Positions 31,729-43,990 of a stretch of 45,697 bases of DNA are shown here, piece after piece. How positions within the stretch are numbered: the stretch's first letter is position 1; each line of letters begins with the position of its first letter. The stretch covers positions 14,831 to 60,527 of the forward strand of contig PS015038.1 in NCBI GenBank assembly GCA_048213135.1, in the 5' to 3' direction. The notes below the pieces were generated by a model, which worked only from the letters and a program-made list of their open reading frames with translations, searched no databases and was not told the DNA's origin. A program made the position numbers and the translations under genes. Source of the DNA: Reclinomonas americana ATCC 50394 (taxonomy: Eukaryota).

Positions 31729-33784
31729 TCATTGTTTTGTGGTGCGACGAGCGAGGGCTGCGTGGATGAATCTGTGCGGGTCGTCGTGGTCGTTGTCGTG
31801 TATGTGTGCGTGTGTGAGTGTTTGCAATGAACGTGGTGAGTGTCGACAGTGGAGGGGAGAAGGCGCAACTCGTCGAGATCGCCGTCGAGTACGTTTTGCA
31901 CGTCGGTCCGTTGCACGCCGGTGCGCAGGTCCTTGACCAGCTGGGTGTGCATGAGAGAGAGTGAGAGAGAGAGAGAGAAAAACGGCACCCTTCATCTGAC
32001 TCTGCACTCTTGCCCTTCTCGCCGCACTTTTCACTCTTGATATCTCGCCGTGACTGACATAGTCATTCTCCCTTGTTAACTCTGCCCTGCGCCCTTCATT
32101 CTTGATATCTCTGCTCTTTAGTCCTATACCCTTGTAATATGGCTTTCTTGCGCCTCACCCGTTGCCCTCCACCCTTCTCCTCTTATCACCCTTTGCCCTC
32201 TCATCGCCCTCACCCTGTCCCTCTTTGCCCTACACCCTTCCCCTCGTATCACCCTTTGCCTTCTCATCGCCCTCACCCTGTCCCTCCTTGCCCTCCACCC
32301 TTCCCCTCTAATCACCCTTTGCCCTCTCATCGCCCTCACCCTGTCCCTCCTTGCCCTCCACCCTGTCCCTCTTTCACCCTTCCCCCTCTTCCCCCTTCCC
32401 TCTTTGTCGCACCTGGTACGGGGCCATCACATACGACCGAATCTGCGATCCCCACGCATTCTCGCCGAGACTCGCCGCAAATGCCTCCTTTTCCGCCGCT
32501 CTGCCGAGAAGGGGTGAGTGCAACCACCAGCTGAGGGAGAAGCACTGATGCTCATCGCACCGCTTCTGCTGCTCACGCAAAAAGAGCTTGGCACGCAGCA
32601 ACTCGAGTGCGCGCGCCTTATTCGAGTGCTGCGAGCGCTCGGACTGGCACTCTGTGCAGAAGAGTGAGCATCACCCTCTCCTTCACAAGACCTTTTTCAT
32701 AACAGCCACGCACCAGCAACGAGTCCAGTCGGCAAGTGCACGATGCGCACCGCACTCTCGGTGGTGTTCACATGCTGGCCACCGGCGCCGCTGGAGCGAA
32801 ACGTCTCCACGCGCAGATCCTTGACCGGCAACTCGCCCACACCGCTGCCCTCTTCGGCACCACCATCGACAATCGGCAGCACCACCACCGACGCAAACGA
32901 CGTGTGCCGCCGCCCCAGCGCATCAAACGGCGAGATGCGCACCAGGCGGTGCACGCCGACCTCCGGCGCCAAATGCCCATACGCAAACGGCGCCGGCACA
33001 CGCAGGCTCCACGATCGCTCCCCGCTCGACATGACCTCGCCTGCCACGAGTGAGCCACGAGGAGGCGCAGCAGGCTCCGAGCACGAAAAAAAACGCAACA
33101 AGGAAACGCCTGCGCAGTCGCCCACCGACTGTACATGCGTGCCAACATCGCCGCCCAATCGCCGCTCTCCGTGCCACCCGCGCCCGCATGAATCTCCACG
33201 TAGGCGCCAGCCGACACGTTCGGATTATCGCCACACATCACCACCTCCGTATGCAACCGGACCGCCTCCCGCACAACGCGCCGCCACGCGACCACACACT
33301 CCCGCGCAACCTCCTCGTCTCCCGCCTCCCTCGCCATCTCCGACAACTCCACCAGCTGGCGACACTCGGTCGACAAGCGATCCGCCGACTCGACACACTG
33401 CTTCAGCTGCCCGTACTCGCGAAGCAGCGCCTGTGCACGATCGCGTCGCGTTCCACCGGCACCAAACAGGTTCTGAACAGCGCGGGTAAGCGATCAGATG
33501 CACGCATGAGAACGCCTATAGTGTGCCTCGCATACCTCTGTCTGCTCCTGCAACGCACGCAGGCGATCGGCCGCACCTGTGACCTGCAATCGCTGCTGCA
33601 CAGCGTCGAGCAGCTGCTGCGTGCGTCGCGACTCCTCCATCACTGCGGACACACTCATAGTCAGCACTGTGCGTGTAAAGGCCTTTGTTGCGTACACACA
33701 CACACAGACACAACTGGCGACCAGCGCGGCAAGTGGCGACGCTGCTGCAGTGGAACAACATCGCAAGACAACTCTCCTCAGCAT
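31729..33784 (-). CDS. Mitochondrial peptide chain release factor 2 (PrfB-like, mtRF2)
   Basis: Presequence-like [43 protein letters not shown] (SPF tripeptide = RF2); [42 protein letters not shown]. Seven exons. Confidence 0.93.
32150..32370. repeat. Tandem 60-bp minisatellite (~3.5 copies) in an mtRF2 intron
   Basis: cctcaccctgtccctc.ttgccct.cacccttcccctc..atcaccctttgcc.tctcatcg is repeated. Confidence 0.9.
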
Positions 33785-34510
33785 TTCACTCCTCCGCCCT
33801 CACAATCTGCACGCGCGTCCCACTCAAGCAATCGCGTGCGTCGCGCCTCCACGTCGACACCACCACACAGCGCCAGTGTCGCACAACAATCATCGCACAA
33901 GCTCATTGGCAATCGCGCAGGCAACTCGTCATCATCGGTCTCATTGGCGTGCATGAGACAGTGCGCAGCGTCGCAGTGCGGGAGGCGAGCAAGTGCGTGG
34001 CCGACCTCGTGCGTGCACACTTGCAGTGCGTGGTGGCGCGAGGGCAGGCGCGCCAGTGAGACCACGGCCACGCGGTGCTCCAGTGAGGCTTGTCCGTATG
34101 TGAAACTCCAGTGTTGTGCCGGGAACACGTCGTAGAGTGTGAGGCCGAGGACAATGAGCGGTGTGTCGCTGGTGAGTGTGCGCAGGCGGTGTAGCAGGTC
34201 GGTGGTCAGCAGCTGCTTCTCGTGTGTCACTGCGTGGCGGCGACGTGTGATGCCGGCCAGGTTTGGGATGGGTGGGGAGAGTGTGGCGTGCCATGGGTGG
34301 TAGAAGGCCGAGAGGAGGGAGGTGAGGAGTGGGAGCAGGTTGGGGAAGCTGTGTGTGCGTGTGTGTGAAGGTGTGAGCACAGGGGGGCAGAGTGAGAGTG
34401 AAGGATGGGAGCATGCACCGTTCGTCAACCGCGGCCTCGTCCCACGTGTGCCCGAGTGGTACGATGAGGATGCGACCGGCGGCGGCGGCGTCGCGACACT
34501 CGTCACTCAT
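33778..34510 (-). CDS. Archaemetzincin-like zinc metalloprotease (peptidase M54, ~220 aa)
   Basis: Model: join(34510-34419, 34348-33778). Motifs RILIVPLG, VLGLTLYDVF..WSFTYGQAS...VAVVSLARL, HEVGHALARLPHC, CLM, LCDDC. Confidence 0.85.
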
Positions 34511-35549
34511 CGTGTGCGTTCATGGGCGCGGCGATGTGATCGTGATGAGTTGATCGATCGGCCTCGATCGTCGCTGCGCTCTGTAGTCGCCCGTTTCCCT
34601 TCCTCCTCCAAACCGCGGTCTGTATCGCTTGTACTCCGACGCCATCCTGATCGCCACCCAAGTATGTTGTCATGCCACGACTTTGTGGTCTCCGCCCAGC
34701 CACCTCTTTGGTGCAGTCTTTGTCACTTCTTGTGCTCGATTGCCGCCAAGGTCAAAGACAGCGTGCTCGCTGCAAGTTCTCTTGTCGCAGGCTTTGTCAC
34801 TTCTCTGGTGCCTGGTCGTATACTCAGGCTTCCTGATACAAACCTGATAGCTGACAATGTCGACGAGCTGAACACGCTGCGGTCTTACGCAAGGCTTTGC
34901 AGCTTCTGCACTACAATGCCATCTTGGCCACACTGGCGCTACTCCCTGCTCGTGCCACAGTCTAATCACAGGCTTTGCCTCTCTGTTCTTTCCAAGATGC
35001 AGGCAGTCTTCATCTCCTCAACTCTGATCGCTGCCAAGGTCGCTTCTGCACTACAATGCCCAACTAGCACAACGGACGAGGATTCGTACTCTCTGATCGC
35101 TGTCAAGGTCTATCAACTCACCACCTCCTCTCTGCCCCTCCCTATCCCTTCCCCTCTTTATCCCTTCTCCTCTTATCCCTTCTACCCCTTCCCGATCGGC
35201 ATACCAAATTTCCAGAATGTACCAGGCGACACTGAATCCGAGAGAGACAGACAAGCCAGACACGCAGAGGCAGACCGAGCAGACTGCAGAAAAAATAATA
35301 CAACCTCCGAGAAGGCAACGGAGCACAAGACGAAAAAACGAAGCAAAGCACATGGAGAGCAACGACAACACGCATCGCTCCACCACTGCATCACCACCAC
35401 CACCACCCCTCCACAAAAAGAGAGAGAGAAGGGAGTCTCTCGTCGTCGTCGGACCCACAATCACCACACGGCCAGTGTTATCCTCCCCCCACAATCCCAC
35501 GTCGGCTCACACCCGCACATCCACGCCCAACTGCCGTGCGTTTCCCTCC

Positions 35550-36219
35550 TTATTTCGCGGCCTTGGCAGCCACTGGCTTGGCCTGAGTGCCTGTGGACGG
35601 GAGGAGAAGGATGATCAGTCAGTCATGATATGTGAAGTGATGATGATGGTGATGATGATGATCGTACCGGCACGGAAGAAGTTCTTTGCGCGACGAGGAA
35701 TGTCGGCCAAGTACTTCATGCGGCCAGTGCCCGTTGTGCGGCGTCGCTTGGCCTTGGAGCCCCAGTTGAAGTTGCGCATCTTGGCGGCAGGGTAGCCGCA
35801 CGAGGCGCACTTCTTGCCCTGAATGTGCCAGGAGCGGCGACCGCAGCGGACGCACAGACCGTGCGTCTTGTTTTGTCGCGGACCGAATGACTGCGTGCCC
35901 TTGGTCTAACGAGTGTGGAGAGCGCGGTGAGCGACATGACTTGCTGCAACACTCACACGACAAACAAAGCCATGACACACACACACACTCTCTCGCTGTC
36001 TCTCTGTGTGGGATCCTCTCACGTGCACACACACAGCGTGGTGGAAAGTGCGTGGGAGGGGAGCGCGCATGTGTCACATGGTCATGCACATCAAGCGCCA
36101 ACAAACACACACAGACACAAACGCGCACAGACACACGACTGCGGTATGACACGCGCAGAGACACAGACAAGAGTGTATGGTGGTGGGCGTGTGTGAGGCG
36201 AGGCAAGGCGACAAACCAT
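35550..36219 (-). CDS. RPL37: 60S ribosomal protein L37 (eL37)
   Basis: Model: join(36219-36217, 35905-35668, 35590-35550) = [67 protein letters not shown]...[13 protein letters not shown]. Confidence 0.97.
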
Positions 36220-36315
36220 CTCTCGTGATCCTGGTTGGTTGTGAGTGGAAATCCGTCCGTCGATCGGCCGCACTTCAATCACTCACAAATCACACCCCTC
36301 CCCAGAGAACTCAGG
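36220..36315. promoter_or_regulatory. Putative bidirectional promoter shared by RPL37 and RPL36
   Basis: Under 100 bp lies between the RPL37 ATG (36219) and the donor (cag|gtacgc, ~36315) of an RPL36 5'-UTR intron that ends immediately before the ATG (tctcag|ATG). Confidence 0.6.
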
Positions 36316-36464
36316 TACGCCTCTCACTGCCTCTCCTTCTCTGTGTGTGCGTGTATATCAGCAGTGCGCACGAGCGTCTGTGTGTCATTCGTGCAAGTGA
36401 GCGTGCGTGAGTGTGTGTGTGCGTTGCTCATTTCCTGCCTCCACGCACTCTCTCTCTTTCTCAG

Positions 36465-37843
36465 ATGGCAGACGCTCCCAAGAAGCGCAGCGGCCTGGCG
36501 GTCGGCCTGAACCGCGGCCACGTGACTCACCGCCTGTCGGTGCCCCCCAAGATCTCTCGCCGAAAGGGAGTTTCGTGCACAGACTTACAGAGACTCATAC
36601 GCAGAGACTGTTGGGAGAGACGTGCGAGAGAGAGGAGTGGCGCCTTTCTTGAGTGTGCTTGTGTGCGCGTGTGTGTCGCTGCGCGTGATGTGCGGGTGTG
36701 AGGCGAGAGTGTTGTGTGTCTGCCATGTGCATGCATCATGGCGCGCACACTCCCTCCCTCCCCCTTGTCTTTGCGCCCTGCCGTCGCCACCAGCTGTATG
36801 CATATGTGGAGGCACAGGGAAGAGAGTGGAGAGTGGGAGATAGGGAGAGAAGAAAAGTTTTGCATTCTTCTTCAGTCGCTTGATTCATATCGTTCTCCTG
36901 TGTGGTTGGTTCTCTTGCCCCTTATCTACCTACTCCACTGTGATGCCACTGAGAATCCTCGATGGATTCACTCAGATCACGGCATTGCATCCTTGATACA
37001 TTCTCATCGCTGTCTCCCTCCTGCTTTCCCACTCCTTCCATGGTCGCCCTCATCTCCTTCTCCCTGCTCTTTCCCCTCATCTCCTTCTCTCTTAGCTCGC
37101 CTCACTGCCCCCTTACCTTCATTGCTGCTTCATCTTCCGTCTTGCATCCTGTCTCATTCCTCCTCCCCATCCCGCTTCTCATTACCCGTTCCCGTTGCTC
37201 CTTCCCTCACCTTCCAGCTCAGTCCTCGCCTTCCCTGCCGTTCGCTTCTCTTCCCTTCTCGCTTCTCCCGTCATCCTTCTCCACTGTCCCTTGCGCCGCA
37301 ATCATCTTCCACTCCATCCTTCGCGTCCTCCCTCATGCCCCCTTCAAATGCACGCCTTTCTCTCCTTGTCCACTTTGCTCTTCTCCACTTTTCTTTCTCC
37401 TCCGTCTCTCTATTCTCCTTCTCCTTCCCCCTTCCCTCTTCCCTCTTGCCCTTCCCTCTTTCCCCTCCTCTCTCCTCCCTTCCTCCCCTTCCCTCCTTCT
37501 CCCATCTCACTCCCCCTTCCCTTTCTTCCCCCCACAGGCCAACACCAAGCAGAACAAGCTGATCCGATCAGTGATCCGCGAGGTGGCCGGCATGGCGCCG
37601 TTCGAGAAGCGCGTGCTTGAAATGCTCAAGAACGACTTTGAGAAGAAGGCACTCAAGTTCGCCAAGAAGCGCGTTGCGTAATCCACTCGCACACCACTGC
37701 AGAATGACGAGAGTTGATGATCGACGGGAGAATGCTGATTTTTGTTTGTTTCATATCGTGCGTAGCTGGGCACGCACACTCGCGGCAAGAAGAAGCGCCA
37801 AGAGCTGTCGGACCTGGTCCGCGCCATGCGCAAGAAGCACTAA
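36465..37843 (+). CDS. RPL36: 60S ribosomal protein L36 (eL36)
   Basis: Model: join(36465-36569, 37538-37672, 37766-37843) = MADAPKKRSGLAVGLNRGH...IREVAGMAPFEKR...KFAKKRLGTHTRGKKKRQEL. Confidence 0.97.
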
Positions 37844-38323
37844 TCTGCAACGCACTCGAAAGGAGGGAGACGACGGTGCGCGGGCAGTGGTGGTGGTGGA
37901 TGCTTTGTGGAGGAGAGGTTTGGAGGGCTGGCGTGGAGACTCAGCTTGTTGGAGGACGTTGGATGATGATCGGGCGACTGTGGACAATGGCGGCTGCAAG
38001 GTCGTCTATTACGAGTCGCTAGGTGTTAATCATTTTCCTGTTTGTTGCTCTGTGGCTCTGTTTTTCTCCTCGTTGGTGTTTCTCGCTCTCTTTGCGCGGG
38101 CAATCTATTGCCATTCTCTTCGTGTGCCGGAGACTTTGTTATCACTTGCTGGCAATATCTTCTGACTCTGGTTCTCTGCGTGTGTGGTTAGTACATTTCT
38201 TGGATCTTACAAAGCATCCCATGCATGCATGTTTCGTTTCTCCCTTGCATGCACGATCGTCGCTCGAGAACGAAAAGATGTGTCGGGACATTTGCCGTCC
38301 TCTTCTGCCAACAAGAAAACTGA

Positions 38324-39710
<1,387 letters not shown>

Positions 39711-39800
39711 GCGGGAGGGAGAGGTGAATAGGTAGAGCGAGATAGAGATAGGGGGCTCGTTGTCGTGCTAAACATCGGCCGTGCTGTTTATTGTTGTCGG

Positions 39801-41201
39801 TCATCTCCTCCAGTGTTTCACTGGGAGGCTCGATTCGTGCAGTGCTGCGTATTCTCCACAGAAGGCTGATGCTCTGGTCACGTCAAGCTGGATGGTTATT
39901 CCTGCGAGCTCCTTCATCTTCCAGTACGTACGCAGAAAGCAGCGCAGCTTCTTCTATGACTGACGCCTCAGAGCCGTACCTTTGCTCCCGATACGATGCG
40001 CCTCATAATTATCTTCAGTTCCTCCCCTTCTCTCATCTCCTTCCCCTGCTCTCCCACTCTCTTTCAGGCAGTGCCGTTTATTCTCGTCAGCTCCTCCTAC
40101 CCTTCTCCCATTTCCGTTTCTCGCGCAGCGTGCATGCGCAACGCACACAACCGACAGTGCTCCCACACAAAACACCGCAACACCATCTCCGGCAGACTCT
40201 CCTCCCCGGCCTCCACACGCACCTCGTGCAGCGCCTGCAACGCCCCGTCAATCACCTCCATCTCGCGATGGATGCACGCCACACCATCCACCGTGTGCTC
40301 ACTGACGTCCCACACGTACATCACACCATCGCTGTCGGCTGCCGCCACTCGGCCCGCATCAATGAACACTACGCCAGTCAATCGCGAGGCCGGTACCTCG
40401 GCCGTGCACAACAGTTGCTGCGACGAGTTCCACAGTTGCAAGTGGCCATCTGCAGGCTTGGTGAGGCGACATACGGGCAATAGTAGAAGAAACAGGAGAC
40501 GCACCAGCCGTGCACGCTGCGACGACTTGTCCACCACGGCCACGGCCCACCGCCAAAGCCGTGTACTCCATCGCGCCTCCACTGCGCCACTGTTCCACCG
40601 CACCCTCGCCCGTGACCACCACCGACCTAAAGTACCCACCACGATCCGCATACACCACGCGCTCCTCCCCCTCCTCGCCCAACAACCCAATCGCCACAGG
40701 CGACACCGCAACCGCCAACAACCTCACCGCCGTCCACGTACGCGTGCTCCACAGCTCCACCGTCCCACCCTTAGTCAACACCACAAAGCACTCCTCCGGA
40801 ACCTCCACCAGTTGCACCACTGACGCTCCTGTCCACGCAACTCGTCGCCACGCTGCACCAGTGGTCGCACGCAACACCAACAACTGCTTCGGCGAGGCCG
40901 CCACCACCAGCGACGCACGCGACACCACACAGACAGCTGCGCATGCTCCACTGATACTAGCAGACCACATGCACATTCCATTGCTCCACATGCGCACGGC
41001 TGCACGATCGCCAGTGATGACATAGTCGTCGGTGAGAAAGGCGAGGGCGGTGATGCATGTGGCGTCGTCAGTGTGCACAGTGTGCGCGTCGTCCCAGTCG
41101 TGCACGAGAAGGTGACCGGAGGTGCAGGCGAGGGCGAGGCGACGTCGACCGGCGCAGAGGCAGGTGATGGGTGAGGGGGCGGTGAGTGCACGTCGCGGCA
41201 T
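39801..41201 (-). CDS. WD40 beta-propeller protein
   Basis: Repeats ITCLC, GHLLVHDW, ITALAF, AVRMWS, GTVELWS, GHLQLWN, GVMYVWDV. The last exon and stop are tentative. Confidence 0.7.
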
Positions 41202-41803
41202 GAGTGAGAGAGAACGTCGACTGTGTCCCCTGTCATTTGTTGTGTTGTTGACAGTGATGGCGAGCTCGTCGCAGCAGCAGAGTCGAGCCAAGCGATGTCT
41301 TGGTGANNNNNNNNNNNNNNNNNNNNNNNNNNNNNNNNNNNNNNNNNNNNNNNNNNNNNNNNNNNNNNNNNNNNNNNNNNNNNNNNNNNNNNNNNNNNNN
41401 NNNNNNNNNNNNNNNNNNNNNNNNNNNNNNNNNNNNNNNNNNNNNNNNNNNNNNNNNNNNNNNNNNNNNNNNNNNNNNNNNNNNNNNNNNNNNNNNNNNN
41501 NNNNNNNNNNNNNNNNNNNNNNNNNNNNNNNNNNNNNNNNNNNNNNNNNNNNNNNNNNNNNNNNNNNNNNNNNNNNNNNNNNNNNNNNNNNNNNNNNNNN
41601 NNNNNNNNNNNNNNNNNNNNNNNNNNNNNNNNNNNNNNNNNNNNNNNNNNNNNNNNNNNNNNNNNNNNNNNNNNNNNNNNNNNNNNNNNNNNNNNNNNNN
41701 NNNNNNNNNNNNNNNNNNNNNNNNNNNNNNNNNNNNNNNNNNNNNNNNNNNNNNNNNNNNNNNNNNNNNNNNNNNNNNNNNNNNNNNNNNNNNNCGTGTA
41801 TGT

Positions 41804-41848
<45 letters not shown>

Positions 41849-41893
41849 ATGATCCTGTGATGATTGAATGCATTGTGTTGGGTTTTTCTTTAG

Positions 41894-43120
41894 GAATTCC
41901 TGGAGTTCCCAAGTCGGCGGTTGGCCTGGCTGTGTGGCACACGTTGTGGCCGTATGCTGACGATCCGGAGCAGTCGACATCGATGCCGTCGTCGTCGGCG
42001 GCGGCGTCGGCGGCGAGTGCGAGTGGTGAGTGCGGAGGAGGAGACACGGAGAAGAAGAGGCAACAACATAACAACGACAACAACAAGAGAAGAAGAAAAA
42101 CGATGAGCAAGAGAAGAAGATGTGAAGCAACGAGCGAGAGAATGTGGATACAAGTAGGCGACGAAAAAGGATGAGGAGGAGGTGGAGTAGGAGACGAGGA
42201 ACAGGAGCGTGAGAGAATGTGACTCCAGTAAGGAGTTGAAGCCTTTCGTTCTTCCTCTCCTTCTCACCTCCCCCATTGTGTATGTCCTTGTTATTCTCCT
42301 ACGTGCGTTCCTTTACTTTTCTGTCTCTCTCTCTCTCTCATCCCTTCCCCTCACCTCCCCCTCTCATCCCTTCCCCTCGCCTTCCCTCTCATCCCTTCTC
42401 CTTCCCAGTGGATCGATCACGCTGGCGAGTGCGCTTCCACGACGTACCGACGGTGATCCAGTCGCGCTTCTCGTACGTCCGCGAGCAGATGCCGAGAGCG
42501 CCACATGTTCGTCTGAAGGTGTTCTCGTGCGGCGACCGCGATTCGCTGGCCTCGTTGGAGGAGTCGGTATGTGTACGCGCGTGCTCTTTCCGCAACTTCA
42601 ATCTGTTTCTCACCTCTCTCTCCCTCTCTCTCGCAGCTTGTCGACGACCTCGCGAATGCATCTCCGGTGCGGCTCGTGTTTGTGTGCTCATTTGCGCGAC
42701 CGGTTCACTCACCCCGTGACGCGCAGAAAGGAAACGAGGTTGCCGACTCGATTCCGGTGGTGATTGTGGGCACGATGAAGCACACGCGATTCGGCATCAT
42801 GGAGGAGGACCTGGAGCTCTTCTGTGCACGATGGAACTGTGAGATCCACACGATTGAGAACTTCCCGAAGCAGGGAGGCGATGTGGCCGAGGTGGAGACG
42901 TCCGACATGGCCAACGATATTAGGGTTGCGTGCCTCGTTGTCATTGCACTGCTGCTGCGGCATCTCATCAACCGCGCACTCTCAGGACATGACCAAACTC
43001 ATGAACGCGATTGTGGACGCTGGCGCCACACGGTGGGCAGCCGAGGCCGCGCGTACGCACACCAAGTTCGACCCGCGAAGACAGCCATCTCCCAAGCGGA
43101 AGAAGGGCAAGCCAAAGTAG
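41894..43120 (+). CDS. CPLANE2/RSG1-like atypical small GTPase (5' part lost in the N gap)
   Basis: AVGLAVWHTLWP, WRVRFHD...SRFSYV, VFSCGDRDSLASL, PVVIVGT, EEDLELFCARWNCEIH and DMTKLMNAIVD parallel my recollection of RSG1 (GIQTTVVFWP, FEFWD..KKFDH, FSFTDRASF, ERDL.AF..AW, DVAHILN). Confidence 0.65.
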
Positions 43121-43325
43121 AGACTTCGTGCCTTGGGAAGTGAACTTTCTTGTACCTGGATCTTCACCTCCCACACTCCTTGCTTTCTCTGCACGCACAC
43201 CAAGTTCGACCTGCGAAGACAGCCATCTCTCATACGGAAGAAGGGCAAGCCAGAGTAGAGACTTCGTGCTTCTTGTATCCTCTGCACGCACAGCCATCTC
43301 TCACGCGGAAGAAGGGGAAGCCAGA
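43055..43325. repeat. Tandem echoes of the last coding exon in the 3' flank
   Basis: acgcacaccaagttcgacc.gcgaagacagccatctc...cggaagaagggcaagcca.agtagagacttcgtgc occurs at ~43056 and ~43193, with a partial copy at ~43286. Confidence 0.9.
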
Positions 43326-43990
43326 GCGATGCTGCTCGACGACAAGTGAATTGATTGTGTCTCTGACTCCCAATCATCTTTCTGCATGAATCGTACTTTC
43401 GTGTACTGACCCACCACCACCACCACAATCACCACCACCCGCCGCATCCACTGGCACGCACTGCATCCACATATACAACCTTGCTCGACTGGCGGTGTCC
43501 CGCCACCTCGTCCACCGCGCGCCCATATCCCCCCGCCGCCTCTCCCAACCGCCCGCCACCGCACAGCCATCCCCTCCACTCCTCCTCCTCCTCCTCCTCC
43601 TCCTCCTCCATCCGCGGCACACCGCCACTCCATGCCAACGTACCGCAAGCAACAATGCAGGCGCCTAACGAGCTTGACACCGACAGAAGGGATCGAGCGA
43701 ATTTTCAGCTCTGCAGCAAGAAAAAGAGCTCAGTCCACATCAGGGGGTGGCGGTACGCGTCGGATGGATGGAGGAGAGGGGGGGCAGAGCTTGCGGGAGG
43801 GGAGGCAGAAGCGGTGTGGCGGGAGGTAGTTGGAGGAGCAGGGCGGCACTCTGGACACAGGGAACTGAGGATGATTGACAAAAACACACTGCAGCCACCG
43901 GCGACAACAACAACGACGGCGACGGAGGGGCGGACAGGCGAGACAGACACACAAAAAGTACGAAGAGGGAGGGCACCAGGCGGCAGCAGA

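Noticed and set aside
33560-33660. Bacterial prfB-type +1 programmed frameshift in RF2
   Set aside because: No CTT-TGA slippery site. All frame changes are explained by GT-AG introns.
34322-35614. 430-aa plus-strand ORF
   Set aside because: It overlaps archaemetzincin and RPL37 antisense, contains short internal repeats and low-complexity tracts, and has no recognisable motif.
39801-41201. WD40 neighbour of the RSG1-like gene as CPLANE subunit WDPCP
   Set aside because: It is much shorter than expected and I recognised no WDPCP-specific motif.
43390-43990. Possible small gene between the RSG1-like gene and PRP40
   Set aside because: Low complexity ((CCT)n, (CCA)n), no coherent exon model or motif.
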